This document shows, piece by piece, positions 1-9,681 of a stretch of 10,903 nt of DNA. This DNA comes from Octopus sinensis (Eukaryota): the NCBI RefSeq assembly GCF_006345805.1, contig NW_021827213.1, forward strand, positions 1-10,903, written 5' to 3'. The position numbers and the translations under genes were made by a program. The stretch's first letter is position 1, and each line of letters begins with the position of its first letter. Below the pieces are notes generated by a model that was not told the origin of the DNA, did not search any database, and saw nothing but the letters and a program-made list of their open reading frames with translations.

Positions 1-82
1 ATAATGTAAAATTGTTACTTTTCAAAAAGTCCAATTCTACAGGGTCGAATCAAACCCGAGCAACGCCGGGCGAGACTGCTAG
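1..82 (+). mobile_element. 3' end of a non-autonomous Helitron (copy 1, truncated by the window edge)
   Basis: Subterminal GC hairpin CCCG-A-GC-AAC-GC-CGGG (55-70), then CTAG (79-82) 8 nt later, followed by T. Aligns with 442-509. Confidence 0.75.
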
Positions 83-131
83 TAATAATAACAACGACGG
101 CGATTATAGCAACGCCGGGCGATACTGCTAG

Positions 132-509
132 TCTATATATATAAACCTGATGTTGTCTGTGTGTGGCAGGTTTGGTAGCCTTCAACTAACTCTATCTCCT
201 CCGAGACCCTGCGGCGTAAGTTGACCAAAATTGAGAGTATCATAGAAGAAGGCTTACTCTTCCTTTAGTAATAGAAAAAATTCAAATCGGACCTTGTTAA
301 AACCAAAAATTATTTACATCTAAAAGGTGCTTCTTTTTTCTATGAAAATCCTTACTTTTTACGATTTTTTGACTGCTGTGTCGCCAGTTTTCGGTGTATT
401 TCAACCAGAAAAATGTTCCCTTAAAGAGAATAACAAGCTACATAATGCAAAATTTTTACTTTTCATAAATTCCAATTCTAACCCGAGCAACGCCGGGTGA
501 TACAGCAAG
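132..509 (+). mobile_element. Non-autonomous Helitron, about 378 bp (copy 2)
   Basis: Starts 5'-TCTATATATATAAA, a typical Helitron 5' TC end. Ends with hairpin CCCGAGCAACGCCGGG (482-497) and CAAG (506-509, decayed CTAG) followed by T. No TIRs. Lacks 14 bp (40-53) present in copy 1. Confidence 0.75.
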
Positions 510-583
510 TAATAATAACAACGACGTCGATTATAACAACGATGTGAGCAATAACTACGCCGACGATGATGATAGGAGCAATA

Positions 584-676
584 ATGATGCCATAGTCTCC
601 TTTACAGAGATTTAGAAATAACAGACGCACAGAAGCGTCCCCTGGCGTGCTAACGCTTCTGCCAGCTCGCCGACTT
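584..676 (-). mobile_element. Decayed 5' part of a tRNA-derived SINE (family with head GGCGGCGAGCTGGCAGAA)
   Basis: Minus strand reads GTCGGCGAGCTGGCAGAAGCGTTAGCACGCC, with an A-box-like TGGCAGAAGCG. Matches my recollection of a common octopus SINE head. Confidence 0.55.
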
Positions 677-695
677 AAAAAGAAATTTTAGTTTA

Positions 696-830
<135 letters not shown>

Positions 831-838
831 TGTTATTA

Positions 839-956
839 TTTTGCCTTTCATCGTTTCAGTACTGACAAAAATAAGTACCAGTGATACACTGGAGCCGATA
901 TCATTGACTTAGCTCCTTCCCGAAATTACTGGCCTTGTGCCGAAAAACTTGAAATA
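839..956 (+). mobile_element. 3' half of the same SINE family as 584-676, in opposite orientation
   Basis: TTTGCCTTTCATC..AAATAAGTACCAGT..CACTGG..GATATCATTGACTTA..CCTTGTGCC..GAAA resembles the recalled body of this octopus SINE. Confidence 0.55.
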
Positions 957-1019
957 CTTCTTCTTCTCCTTCTTCTTTCTCCTCCTCCTCCTCCTCCTCC
1001 TCCCCTTTTTCTTCTTTTT

Positions 1020-1050
<31 letters not shown>

Positions 1051-1059
1051 TTCTTCTTC

Positions 1060-1094
<35 letters not shown>

Positions 1095-1125
1095 TTTATT
1101 ATTTTTATTAATATTATTATTATTA

Positions 1126-1208
<83 letters not shown>

Positions 1209-1385
1209 TTCATTACTATTATTATCATTATTATTATTATCATTATTATTATATCATTATTATCATATATTATTATTATTATATTATTATTATTATTATC
1301 ATCATCATCATTATTATATTATTATTATTATATTATTTTATGATTATATTATTATCATTATTATTATTTTTGTTATTATTATTAT
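957..1385 (+). repeat. Compound microsatellite (CTT/CCT)n then (ATT)n
   Basis: CTT/CCT about 957-1060; ATT with ATC variants about 1061-1385. Confidence 0.97.
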
Positions 1386-1534
1386 GACGAGGTTATTTTT
1401 GTATGAAATTCCTAAACGTTCACGGTGTATATATATATGTGTTATTGACGCCTGAAGACATGGATGCAAACGACAGAAAGGCGTAAACAAACCATCAATG
1501 TATCCATCCTTCAGTCCCACATGCCATCGACGAA

Positions 1535-1810
1535 ACACACCCACGCACACACACACACACACATACACACACATACACACCGACACACACGCACACACAC
1601 ACATATATATATCTATGTGTGTGTGTGTCAGAGTGTCAGTGTTTGTGTAGGAAGTGTGTATATGAGAGGACGTATATATATACACACATAAACACGCACG
1701 TCTGTGGGTGGGTGTAGATAGCCAAGAGGAAACGCCTGTGGAGCATTGATACAAATTGTCGATATTTTAATATATTTTTACCACACTTGTATTTTCCGGT
1801 GTTTATTGTG

Positions 1811-1845
<35 letters not shown>

Positions 1846-1942
1846 ATATATATATTAAAATATATATATACACACATATATACATACATGTGTGTGTATA
1901 TATGTATATATATATATATGTAAATATATACATATATACACG

Positions 1943-1973
<31 letters not shown>

Positions 1974-2737
1974 ATGTATATATGTATGCATATTTATATA
2001 TATATATATATATGTTTAGACGTACGTCTGTATGTGTGCATGTATGTGTAATATGTATATATATATATCTATATCTATATCTATCTCTCTGTCTGTCTGT
2101 CTCTCTCTCTCTCTGTCTCTCTCTTTATATATATAGTGCTTCTGTGTGTATTTCTCATACATTGTCATTAAGGTGTATATACACAGGTAGAAATGTACCT
2201 GAATACTCCAGGAAAATTCACACTCACATACACACACACACATACACACACACATACACACACACACACATACACACACACATACACACACACACACATA
2301 CAACACACACACACACATATACACTCACATACACACACATACACACACACACATACACACACACATAACCACACACACACATACACACCACATACACACA
2401 CACACATACACACACACACACACATACACCACCATACACACACACCATACACAACACACATACACACACACACACACACACACATACACACCATACACAC
2501 TCACATACACACACACATACACACACACACATACACACACACATACACACACACACACACACACACATACACACACACACACACACATACACACTCACAT
2601 ACACACACACATACACACACACACACACACATACACACACTCCCGAGCCTTGCGAATTGGTATGCAAGTGTTTATATAAACACACAGAATAGTATGTATG
2701 CCTTATACATACATACATAAAACCACTAACAGACATA

Positions 2738-2776
<39 letters not shown>

Positions 2777-3310
2777 CACTAAGACAAAGTGGAAACAATC
2801 AGACATGCTGACATGCAAAAGTGCTTATATACACGCAAACACACTCGCACACGCATACTTCGAAACAGCCGTGGAAACATAAATGCGTACACATATACAC
2901 GCATAGCATTCCCAACAACGTATGTATACGCATATATGTGTATGTGTGTATGTACGTATATATATTTGTGTGTGTATGTGTATATATATATATACATTTA
3001 CAGAGAGACGCACAAACATATAACCACCATGTTTATATATATCTGTGTGTGTTTGTGAGTGTGTAAATATACATGCATATATGCAAATATACATGCAGAT
3101 ATGCATATATATATATATACGTAGGTGTACATATATGTGCATGTATGTATATGAATATATAAATTACATATATATCCCCTTACACACAAGCACAGTATAT
3201 CTACAGATGCACACATACGTAGCTACACACATAATCGCACACGCAATCACAAATAACCGTGTACACACACACACATGCCCATTTGCAAATACACATACAC
3301 ACACCCAACC
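1535..3310. repeat. Degenerate CA/TG/TA/CT dinucleotide microsatellite field
   Basis: Alternating purine-pyrimidine tracts, including (CA)n with CATA interruptions at about 2220-2640, (TA)n at about 2740-2775 and (CT)n at about 2080-2125. Confidence 0.93.
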
Positions 3311-3571
3311 ACACACATATATATATATAATATACATACAACTACGTACATTACACTCGCGTACACATACATCCCCTCATACATCTATACACACACACAC
3401 ATATATAAATATACACATATACAACTACGTACATTACGCTCGCGTACACAAGCATCCCCTCATTCATCTATACACACTCACACATATATATATATACACA
3501 CATACAACTACGTACATTACGCTCGCGTACACATACATCCTCTCATACATCTACACACACTCACACACACT
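3311..3571 (+). repeat. 83-bp minisatellite, about 3 copies
   Basis: ACAACTACGTACATTAC(A/G)CTCGCGTACAC..CATCC(C/T)CTCAT(A/T)CATCTA recurs at 3338, 3421 and 3504 (period 83). Confidence 0.92.
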
Positions 3572-4019
3572 CTCGTAAGAACATAATCAAGTTAGGCCGT
3601 TAAATTCTGAAGGCGGCCATTAAGAGAATCGCCATTTTCTTTACAAGCCATTGATGTTGGCAGATATCTGAGCAGTCTTTTAATCTTTTAGACTCTTTTG
3701 GCTTCGATTTAACCATTCCACATTGTTGGGAGGTTATTGTCCAATTCTTCAGCCGTGTGGAAAGCCAGATAGTTAGCTACAGCTGTGCCGCGCCTTCTGC
3801 GTTTTGCTCTTTTTGCTTTGAAACCTTCCATTTTTTTTTTTATTTATCTATTTTTTTCTTGTATTTTTATTTTAATTTCTTTTTGCTTTTTTTTTCTGTA
3901 TGTATGTGTTGTATTTTGTGAGCTTTTCCAAAATCTTTCCATGTTACGATATACCTGAAACAGCGAAAAGGGGGGGGGGGAAGAAAAGTCCCGCATTTGT
4001 GCGCATGTGCGTAGGTTCC

Positions 4020-5270
4020 TCTATTTGTGAGTGTGTGCCTTGTATATATATATAATATATATGTATATATATGAATGCGTGTGTGCGTCTGTGTACATCT
4101 GTACAAACGTATGCGTGTCTTCGCTGCTGATCTGGATGAAAGTATGTATACATGTATGTGTATGCGTATATATATAAATATATATATAAATATATATATA
4201 TATATACACATATATATATATGCACGCACACATATATATATGTATATGTTGGTGTGTCTATGTGTATATATGAATGTATTATATCATATATATACGCATA
4301 TATATATATATATATAATATATGTATATATATCTATCTATATATATGCATATATATATATATATACGTGCTACATTAAAGCATATAGGGATGTATATACC
4401 TATGTGTATGTGTGTATGTCTGTGTGTTAGAGTGCTAGATGATCGTATATATATACATATATGTATATAAATATGTGTGTGTGTATTTTATGTAAATGCG
4501 TACATGTTTGTGAGCGGCATAAAGATATATAGGCTTGTACGTATATGCAGATATATATTTGTGTGTGTGTCTGAATTTGTGTATGTGTGTGTATGTTACT
4601 GTTGCCATCTCTGTGTATTTCTATACTTATTAGTATGTTACATCCGTGCGTGTGCTGGATGAAGATACGTATTTGAGTATGAGAATATATGGTGTAAACA
4701 TACATATATATGTATATATATATATACATAATTATATATACACATATGCATTCATATATATATATATTATGTATATATGCATTCATATATATATAGATAC
4801 ACAAGCATACATATATAAATATACACACATATATACATGTATATACACATAATTATATATATATTCGTGTCCATATGTATGCATGTTTATGTGGTGTATA
4901 AAGATCTATACGCCTGTATCTAGATATGTACGTATGTACATTAATGAAAGTATGCAAGCATACATACTTGTATATATATATATTTGTGTGTGTGTGTGTG
5001 TGGTGTCTGTGTATGCGTGTGTGTGTATTTGTATGTGTATATATATATATATGTGTGTGTGTGTAGAGGGGGGGTGTATCTACATATGTTCTAACTTGTG
5101 GATATGTGAGCGGATGTATGTGTACGGAAGAGTAACGTGCGTCGTTGTATGCCTGTACACACATACACATGCACACACACACATGCACACACACAAACAT
5201 GCACACACACACACACATATATATATTTAGTGAGTGTGTGTGTATGTTTCTGTTTGTATGTATGTTTATT
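4020..5270. repeat. Degenerate TA/TG microsatellite field
   Basis: Low-complexity TATG/TGTG/TATA sequence with short unique interruptions. Confidence 0.9.
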
Positions 5271-5429
5271 TGCAAGTGTGCATGGATAAACATTAGAACA
5301 TTGGCGAAGAACATCAAAATCAATTTAATAGAAACTGCACTCAATACGTGTTACGATGTGGATTACACATAATATTTATTTAAATATATGAATATATATT
5401 TCACATCTACGAGAAACCTTCATGTTTTT

Positions 5430-5538
5430 TTTCAGAACGCTTCTCAACGATTTGCATAATCGTGGATAGGGTTTGAACCCCACAGGTTTTGGGTCCAATC
5501 CCAAAGTTTCTAGCTCTAAGGATATCGCAAAACCCCTG
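5430..5538 (-). mobile_element. Possible terminal fragment of a hAT-like DNA transposon
   Basis: Minus strand begins CAGGGGTTTTGCG, a CAGGGG start typical of hAT termini, where the mariner homology stops. No partner TIR seen. Confidence 0.3.
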
Positions 5539-5544
5539 GCTGGA

Positions 5545-5691
5545 TTTCTTTTACAAGGCTTAGAAAAGCTGAGGGATCGGTGTAATAAGTGTGTGAATCT
5601 AAGAGGGGAATATTTTGAATAAAATCATGATTAGCTAGTCCTTCAGTCTTTTCTTTTACTCCAAAGCCAGGAACTTTTCAGCAGGCCCTCA
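5545..5691 (+). mobile_element. 3' end of a mariner (Tc1/mariner) transposon: transposase C-terminus remnant and 3' TIR
   Basis: 5545-5622 translates FLLQGLEKLRDRCNKCVNLRGEYFE*, matching the mariner C-terminal pattern G..KL..RW.KC....G.Y.E*. It is followed by TIR-like AAAGCCAGGAACTTTTCAGCAGGCCCTCA ending in TA. Confidence 0.85.
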
Positions 5692-5744
5692 TATATATGT
5701 ATATATAATATATTTATATATATATATATATATAATAATATATA

Positions 5745-6363
5745 ATTGAAATTCGGGGTGAGTACTTGATAATTGTAAGCACCTGTATATACCGTTTGGT
5801 GTTTGGTCCGTAACTACTATATATCCCTTATCCTTATATTCTTTTACACTTTTTATTTTTATTTTTATAACTTTATACCTTTATATTCACTTATATCTTT
5901 TTATATTTTTTATATCTGTTTATATCTTTATACTCTACATTTTATATTTTCTATACTTACACTTTTTATATATTTTTTATCCTTCGTCCTGAATTCACGC
6001 CCCTCCATCTTTATCTCTATTTGCTCTTATTACCAGGTCCTTCACGTCTGTCTGTATTTATATATTTATATATGTATATATTTATTTATTTATTATTTAT
6101 ATTACTTCAACATCCAAACTTCCTCATTCTATTGAGAGAAGAACGAGATGGACGCTTCATTTTTATGCTGCTGCCGCATTACATCGTACGCGAATGAGAG
6201 ATTTGCATCCCCAACCAAGAATTTTTGATGTAATACATGTCCTTGAAGAAGTAGTTGTGCGCGGCTGAAGAAGGCCACAGCGCACATTATGCACTGTTAT
6301 AAATCCGTCTATAAAAGCCCGAAACATATTACCGCTGAATCCTTGGCATCATTTTTTATTTTA

Positions 6364-6367
<4 letters not shown>
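5745..6367 (+). mobile_element. Putative non-coding Penelope-like/retrozyme remnant bounded by (TA)n on both sides
   Basis: Unique T-rich unit between TA tracts, with a hammerhead-like motif about 30 nt before its 3' end. Confidence 0.45.
6261..6335 (+). ncRNA. Minimal type I hammerhead ribozyme-like motif (degenerate stem III, branched stem II)
   Basis: GCGG-CTGAAGA-AGGC..[two internal hairpins]..GCCC-GAAA-CATAT-TA-CCGC. Stem I is GCGG/CCGC. Confidence 0.55.

Positions 6368-6426
<59 letters not shown>
6368..6426. repeat. (TA)n microsatellite
   Basis: About 25 perfect TA units plus a degenerate end. Confidence 0.97.
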
Positions 6427-6526
6427 CTACTACAATATAGGATGAAGTCCCTTTCTCTACAGAAAAAGATTCCATCAAAAAGCGTTGCAGTATATTAAAA
6501 AACCCCTTTACGGTTGAAGTATAAAC

Positions 6527-6862
6527 ATCTTATAATTAAGGGCTAAAGAAGGTTATTCTAAAGCCAAATACACTGATTTATCCACTTATAATCCACTTGT
6601 TACAGGAAAATTGAACTGAAAGCGGGCAACTAACCTTTAGAAAATTTAAATTTCGTTATCTCTATATTGAATCAATTTCGGAATTAATCTATAAATGATA
6701 CATTCTTCTTCAGTAGAGCTTACGAGGGAACATAAATAAAATACTCACATGTGATCATGGAAAAAGCAGAAACTAAAAACACAACTATATTTAAGTACAT
6801 ATATAAGTGGATAAATCAGTGTATTGGTTATAGAATAACCTTCTTTAGCCCTTAATTATAAG

Positions 6863-6864
<2 letters not shown>
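6527..6864 (-). mobile_element. Element with 63/64-bp inverted repeats enclosing a hammerhead (Penelope-like pLTR with inverted 5' piece, or MITE)
   Basis: 6527-6590 is the reverse complement of 6802-6864, with 2 mismatches and 1 indel. The right end abuts (TA)n. A further 100 bp or so of unique sequence (6427-6526) separates the left arm from (TA)n. Confidence 0.75.
6653..6725 (-). ncRNA. Type I hammerhead ribozyme
   Basis: Minus strand: TCGTaagCTCTA-CTGAAGA-aGAAT..ATTCc-GAAA-TTGAtTCAA-TA-TAGAGataACGA. All core nucleotides are present. Stem I is 5+4 bp, stem II is 4 bp with an A.C at its base, and stem III is ATTGA/TCAAT. Confidence 0.8.
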
Positions 6865-6895
<31 letters not shown>

Positions 6896-6896
<1 letters not shown>

Positions 6897-7087
6897 ATCA
6901 AAATAAGCAACAAGGATATCCAGAGGTAATGCCGTACGATCGTTTCATGCAACTCCATTTAATTGATTGTAATCACTTTACTTTGAAATTGTATGGATAA
7001 TACCGTACTAAATTCTGGTGCCTCAACTTAAGTACCATATTCATCTGAATCTCAATTTTTGATGAACTCATCTACCATACCCAATAT
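6896..7087 (-). mobile_element. Truncated Penelope-like remnant carrying a hammerhead 3' half
   Basis: Minus strand GAAA-CGATCG-TA (6946-6935) lies about 40 nt from (TA)n. The upstream side is cut by the SINE at 7088. Confidence 0.4.
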
Positions 7088-7343
7088 GGAGGTGTGTCTC
7101 CTAGTGGCTAGTGTGTCAGCATAATGATCGTAAGATTGTGGTTTCGATTCATGGACCGGGCGACGCGTTGTGTTCTTGAGCCAAACACTTCATTTCACGA
7201 TGCTCCAGTCCACTCAGCTGGCAAAAATGAGTAACGCTGCGATGGACTGGTGTCCCGTCCATCTGGGGAACACATACGCCATAGAAACCGGAAAACCGGG
7301 CCCATGAGCCTGGCTTGGCTTTAAAAGGGCGCATTTATTTATT
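7088..7343 (+). mobile_element. tRNA-derived SINE, full length (second family)
   Basis: A-box-like CTCCTAGTGG, B-box-like GTTTCGATTC, central CTGCGATGGACTGGTGTCCCGTCCA (resembles recalled Meta/V-type SINE domains) and (TTTA)n tail. A second copy lies at 7446. Confidence 0.85.
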
Positions 7344-7445
7344 ATTTAAAGAAATTGGTAATTAAACATTTTACGCTTATCAACTTGAAACGACTTTTAA
7401 CTCTTGGCTAATTTAATTTAAATTGATAATAAATTTCACCATCCA

Positions 7446-7648
7446 AAGATTGTGGTTTCGATTCCTGGACCGGGCGACGCTTTGTGTTCTTGAGCCAAAC
7501 ACTTCATTTCACGTTGCTCCAGTCCACTCAGCTGGCAAAAATGAGTACGCTGCGATGGACTGGTGTCCCGTCCAGCTGGGGAACACATACGCCATAGAAA
7601 CCAGGAAACCGGGCCCATGAGCCTGGCTAGGCTTTAAAAAGGGTACAT
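7446..7648 (+). mobile_element. 5'-truncated copy of the SINE at 7088
   Basis: Direct repeat of about 7132-7334 with roughly 10 differences in about 200 bp (by eye). Confidence 0.88.
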
Positions 7649-7663
7649 GTGATATTTTTTAAA

Positions 7664-7710
7664 CAGCGGCGCATCAGCATGACTGCAGCTCTGAGCTGAA
7701 ACTAGAAATA
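7664..7710 (+). mobile_element. Decayed 3' tail fragment related to the tail of the large SINE
   Basis: GCGGCGCATCAGCATGACTGCAGC..CTGAAACTAG versus GTGGTGCTCCAGCATGGCCGCAA..CTGAAACAAG at about 10038-10078. Confidence 0.5.
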
Positions 7711-7965
7711 TATATATATGAACAACAAGAAGGAAAATGCTACTTCCTTAAAATTGGGCACATTTTAATTTTCTTTTTACATGTTTCGGCTTTTGAAAAA
7801 AACTTATTATAAAAAGTATGTGCTAAAATGGAATATGTAAAAGAAAAGAACTATTACAAAAATTAAATTTAAATTAAGATTAAGATTAACATCCATAGTT
7901 TACTTTCCTTTTTCCTGCAAGAACACGTGATAGTATCCTTTGGTCCTGGTAGCATGACAAGTCTT

Positions 7966-8015
7966 TTGTGTGTCTGTGTTTGTCCTCCCAACATCGCTTG
8001 ACACCCGATGCTGGT
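7966..8015 (+). mobile_element. Internal fragment of the large SINE family
   Basis: TTTGTCCTCCCAACATCGCTTGACACCCGATGCTGGTG matches about 9899-9936. Confidence 0.7.
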
Positions 8016-8082
8016 GCCTATGATGTAGTTATATTTGCTGCATCTTGTTTCATTCGTAATTCTTATTCATCATTGCTCTATA

Positions 8083-8291
8083 TCTTTTGCTCTCTTTTAC
8101 TTGTTTCAGTCATTTGACTGCGGCCATGCTGGAGCACCGCCTTTTAGTTGAGCAAATCTACCCAGGGACTTATTCTTTGTAAGCCCAATATTTATTCTAT
8201 CGGTCTCTTTTGCCGAACCGGTAAGTGACGGGGACGTAAACACACCAGCATCGGTTGTCAAGCAATGCTAGGGGGACAAACACAGACACAC

Positions 8292-8339
<48 letters not shown>

Positions 8340-8502
8340 CTAGGGGCTTCTTTCAGTTTCCGTCTACCAAATCCACTCACAAAGCATTGCTCGGCCCGGG
8401 GCTATAACAGAAGACACTTGCCCAAGGTGCCACACAGTGGGACTGAACCCGGAACCATGTGGTTGGTTAGCAAGCTACTTACCACACAACCACTCCTGCG
8501 CC
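8083..8502 (-). mobile_element. Large tRNA-derived SINE with internal (TA)(TG) microsatellite, copy 1
   Basis: Head GGCGCAGGAGTGGTTGTGTGGTAAG, B-box GGTTCAGTCCC, (AGTAAAAG)-type tail. Highly similar to 9227-9617 and 9682-10102. Confidence 0.92.
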
Positions 8503-8796
8503 ATATATATTTAAATTAATTGAAAAACCTACAATAGTTTTCAAAATAAGAATCGGGCGAAACTTTTTATACACCCAGTGTATAAATGAGTAAAAAAGAT
8601 ATACAGGTGTCAGTAGCTTACGGCCGTTTCAAGCGACTTCTTTAATTTATTAATGAAAATATTACATCATTTGAGGGAAACCGTTCTCGGAAGACGACCG
8701 CATAGTCTTCAGACAAAGAATATAACCCTTTCCATAACATATTCACATCAATAATAGAACTCTAAAAAATTGTTTCTTTTCATCGGAACCTTTATT

Positions 8797-8827
8797 ACAC
8801 ACACACACACACACACACACGCGCGCG
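8797..8827 (+). repeat. (CA)n(CG)n microsatellite
   Basis: CA run followed by CGCGCGCG. Confidence 0.9.
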
Positions 8828-8829
8828 GG

Positions 8830-8898
8830 CACACGTTGATGGAATGACGTCATCAGTTTTTAAGTTACAATTTCATAAATGGCAACAGGAAAACCAGG

Positions 8899-8934
<36 letters not shown>

Positions 8935-8978
8935 GAAAGAAAATAGAAAAGGAGAAGAGCGCGATAACGATTAAGTTT
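8830..8978 (-). repeat. Left arm of a ~140-bp imperfect inverted repeat (partner 10167-10304)
   Basis: CACACGTTGATGGAATGACGTCATCAGTTTTTAAGTTACAATTT versus the reverse complement of the right arm, CACACATTGATGGAATGACATCATCAGTCTTCAAGTTTCAATTT. Similarity continues through the purine-rich stretch. Confidence 0.85.
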
Positions 8979-9226
8979 TTTACCTGATAAAAATGTCGAT
9001 ATCTTATTTTCTGATTCGTGTTCGAATGGTGCAAAATCCACTGGCCCAGGATTGAGCCCTACACTGGGGCCTAGCGAAACTAACAGGGCTGACGAGCCAA
9101 CCGTAAGAAGTAGTAAAATGCAAAAGCCGTAATTTACGTTACGATTTACCTTAGCCACCCGGATGTTTTGGTAATTTCCAGAATTTTTTAATATTCCGTT
9201 TCTTATTCGGTGTAACATAAAATCAA

Positions 9227-9617
9227 TCTCTTTTACTTGTTTCAGTCATTTGACTGCGGCCATGCTGGAGCACCGTCTTTAGTCGAGCAAATCGACCACG
9301 GGACTTATTCTTTTGTAAGCCCAGTACTTATTGTATCGGTCTCTTTTGCCGAACCGCTAAATGACGGGGACATAAACACACGAGCATCGGTTGTCAAACA
9401 ATGCTAGGGGGATAAACACAAACACACAAACACACACATGTATATATATACATACGAGAGGCTTCTTTCAGTTTCCGTCTACCAAATCCACTCACAAGGC
9501 TTTGGTCGGCCCGAGGCTATAGTAGAAGACACTTGCCCAAGGTGCCACGCAATGGGACTGAACCCGGAACAATGTGGTTGGTAAGCAAGCTACTTACCAC
9601 ACAGCCACTCCTGCGTC
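9227..9617 (-). mobile_element. Large tRNA-derived SINE, copy 2
   Basis: Full-length match to copies 1 and 3. Possible short TSD AATCT (9225-9229 / 9620-9624). Confidence 0.92.
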
Positions 9618-9681
9618 TTAATCTATTTGATTTTGTTATTTTAAAAGGATTGATGTAAATCCTCATAAAGGTAAACAGACA

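Noticed and set aside
1446-1490. CTGAAGA..GAAAGGCGTA hammerhead
   Set aside because: No pairable stem I or stem II.
3311-3571. CRISPR-like repeat-spacer array
   Set aside because: The intervening sequences are homologous microsatellite, the context is eukaryotic, and there are no cas genes.
926-5372. Dozens of ORFs on both strands (poly-I/L, HT, CV, YI repeats)
   Set aside because: These are translations of stop-free microsatellites and show no domain signal.
5275-5372. Possible terminal coding exon (AWINIRTLAKNIKINLIETALNTCYDVDYT*)
   Set aside because: Short, with a weak acceptor and no recognisable homology.
5803-6135. 110-aa hydrophobic ORF
   Set aside because: It is a product of T-rich low-complexity sequence and has no ATG start.
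7149-8519. ORFs 7149-7334, 7423-7620, 7436-7618 and 8265-8519
   Set aside because: They lie inside SINE copies and are chance open frames.
8611-8717. Complete hammerhead using CTGAAGA at 8712-8706 with GAAACGGCCGTA
   Set aside because: Stem I and the base of stem II do not pair, so only the 3' half is counted.
9066-9105. GAAA..CTGACGA type II hammerhead
   Set aside because: Only 9 nt separate the two motifs, too short for stems III and I.
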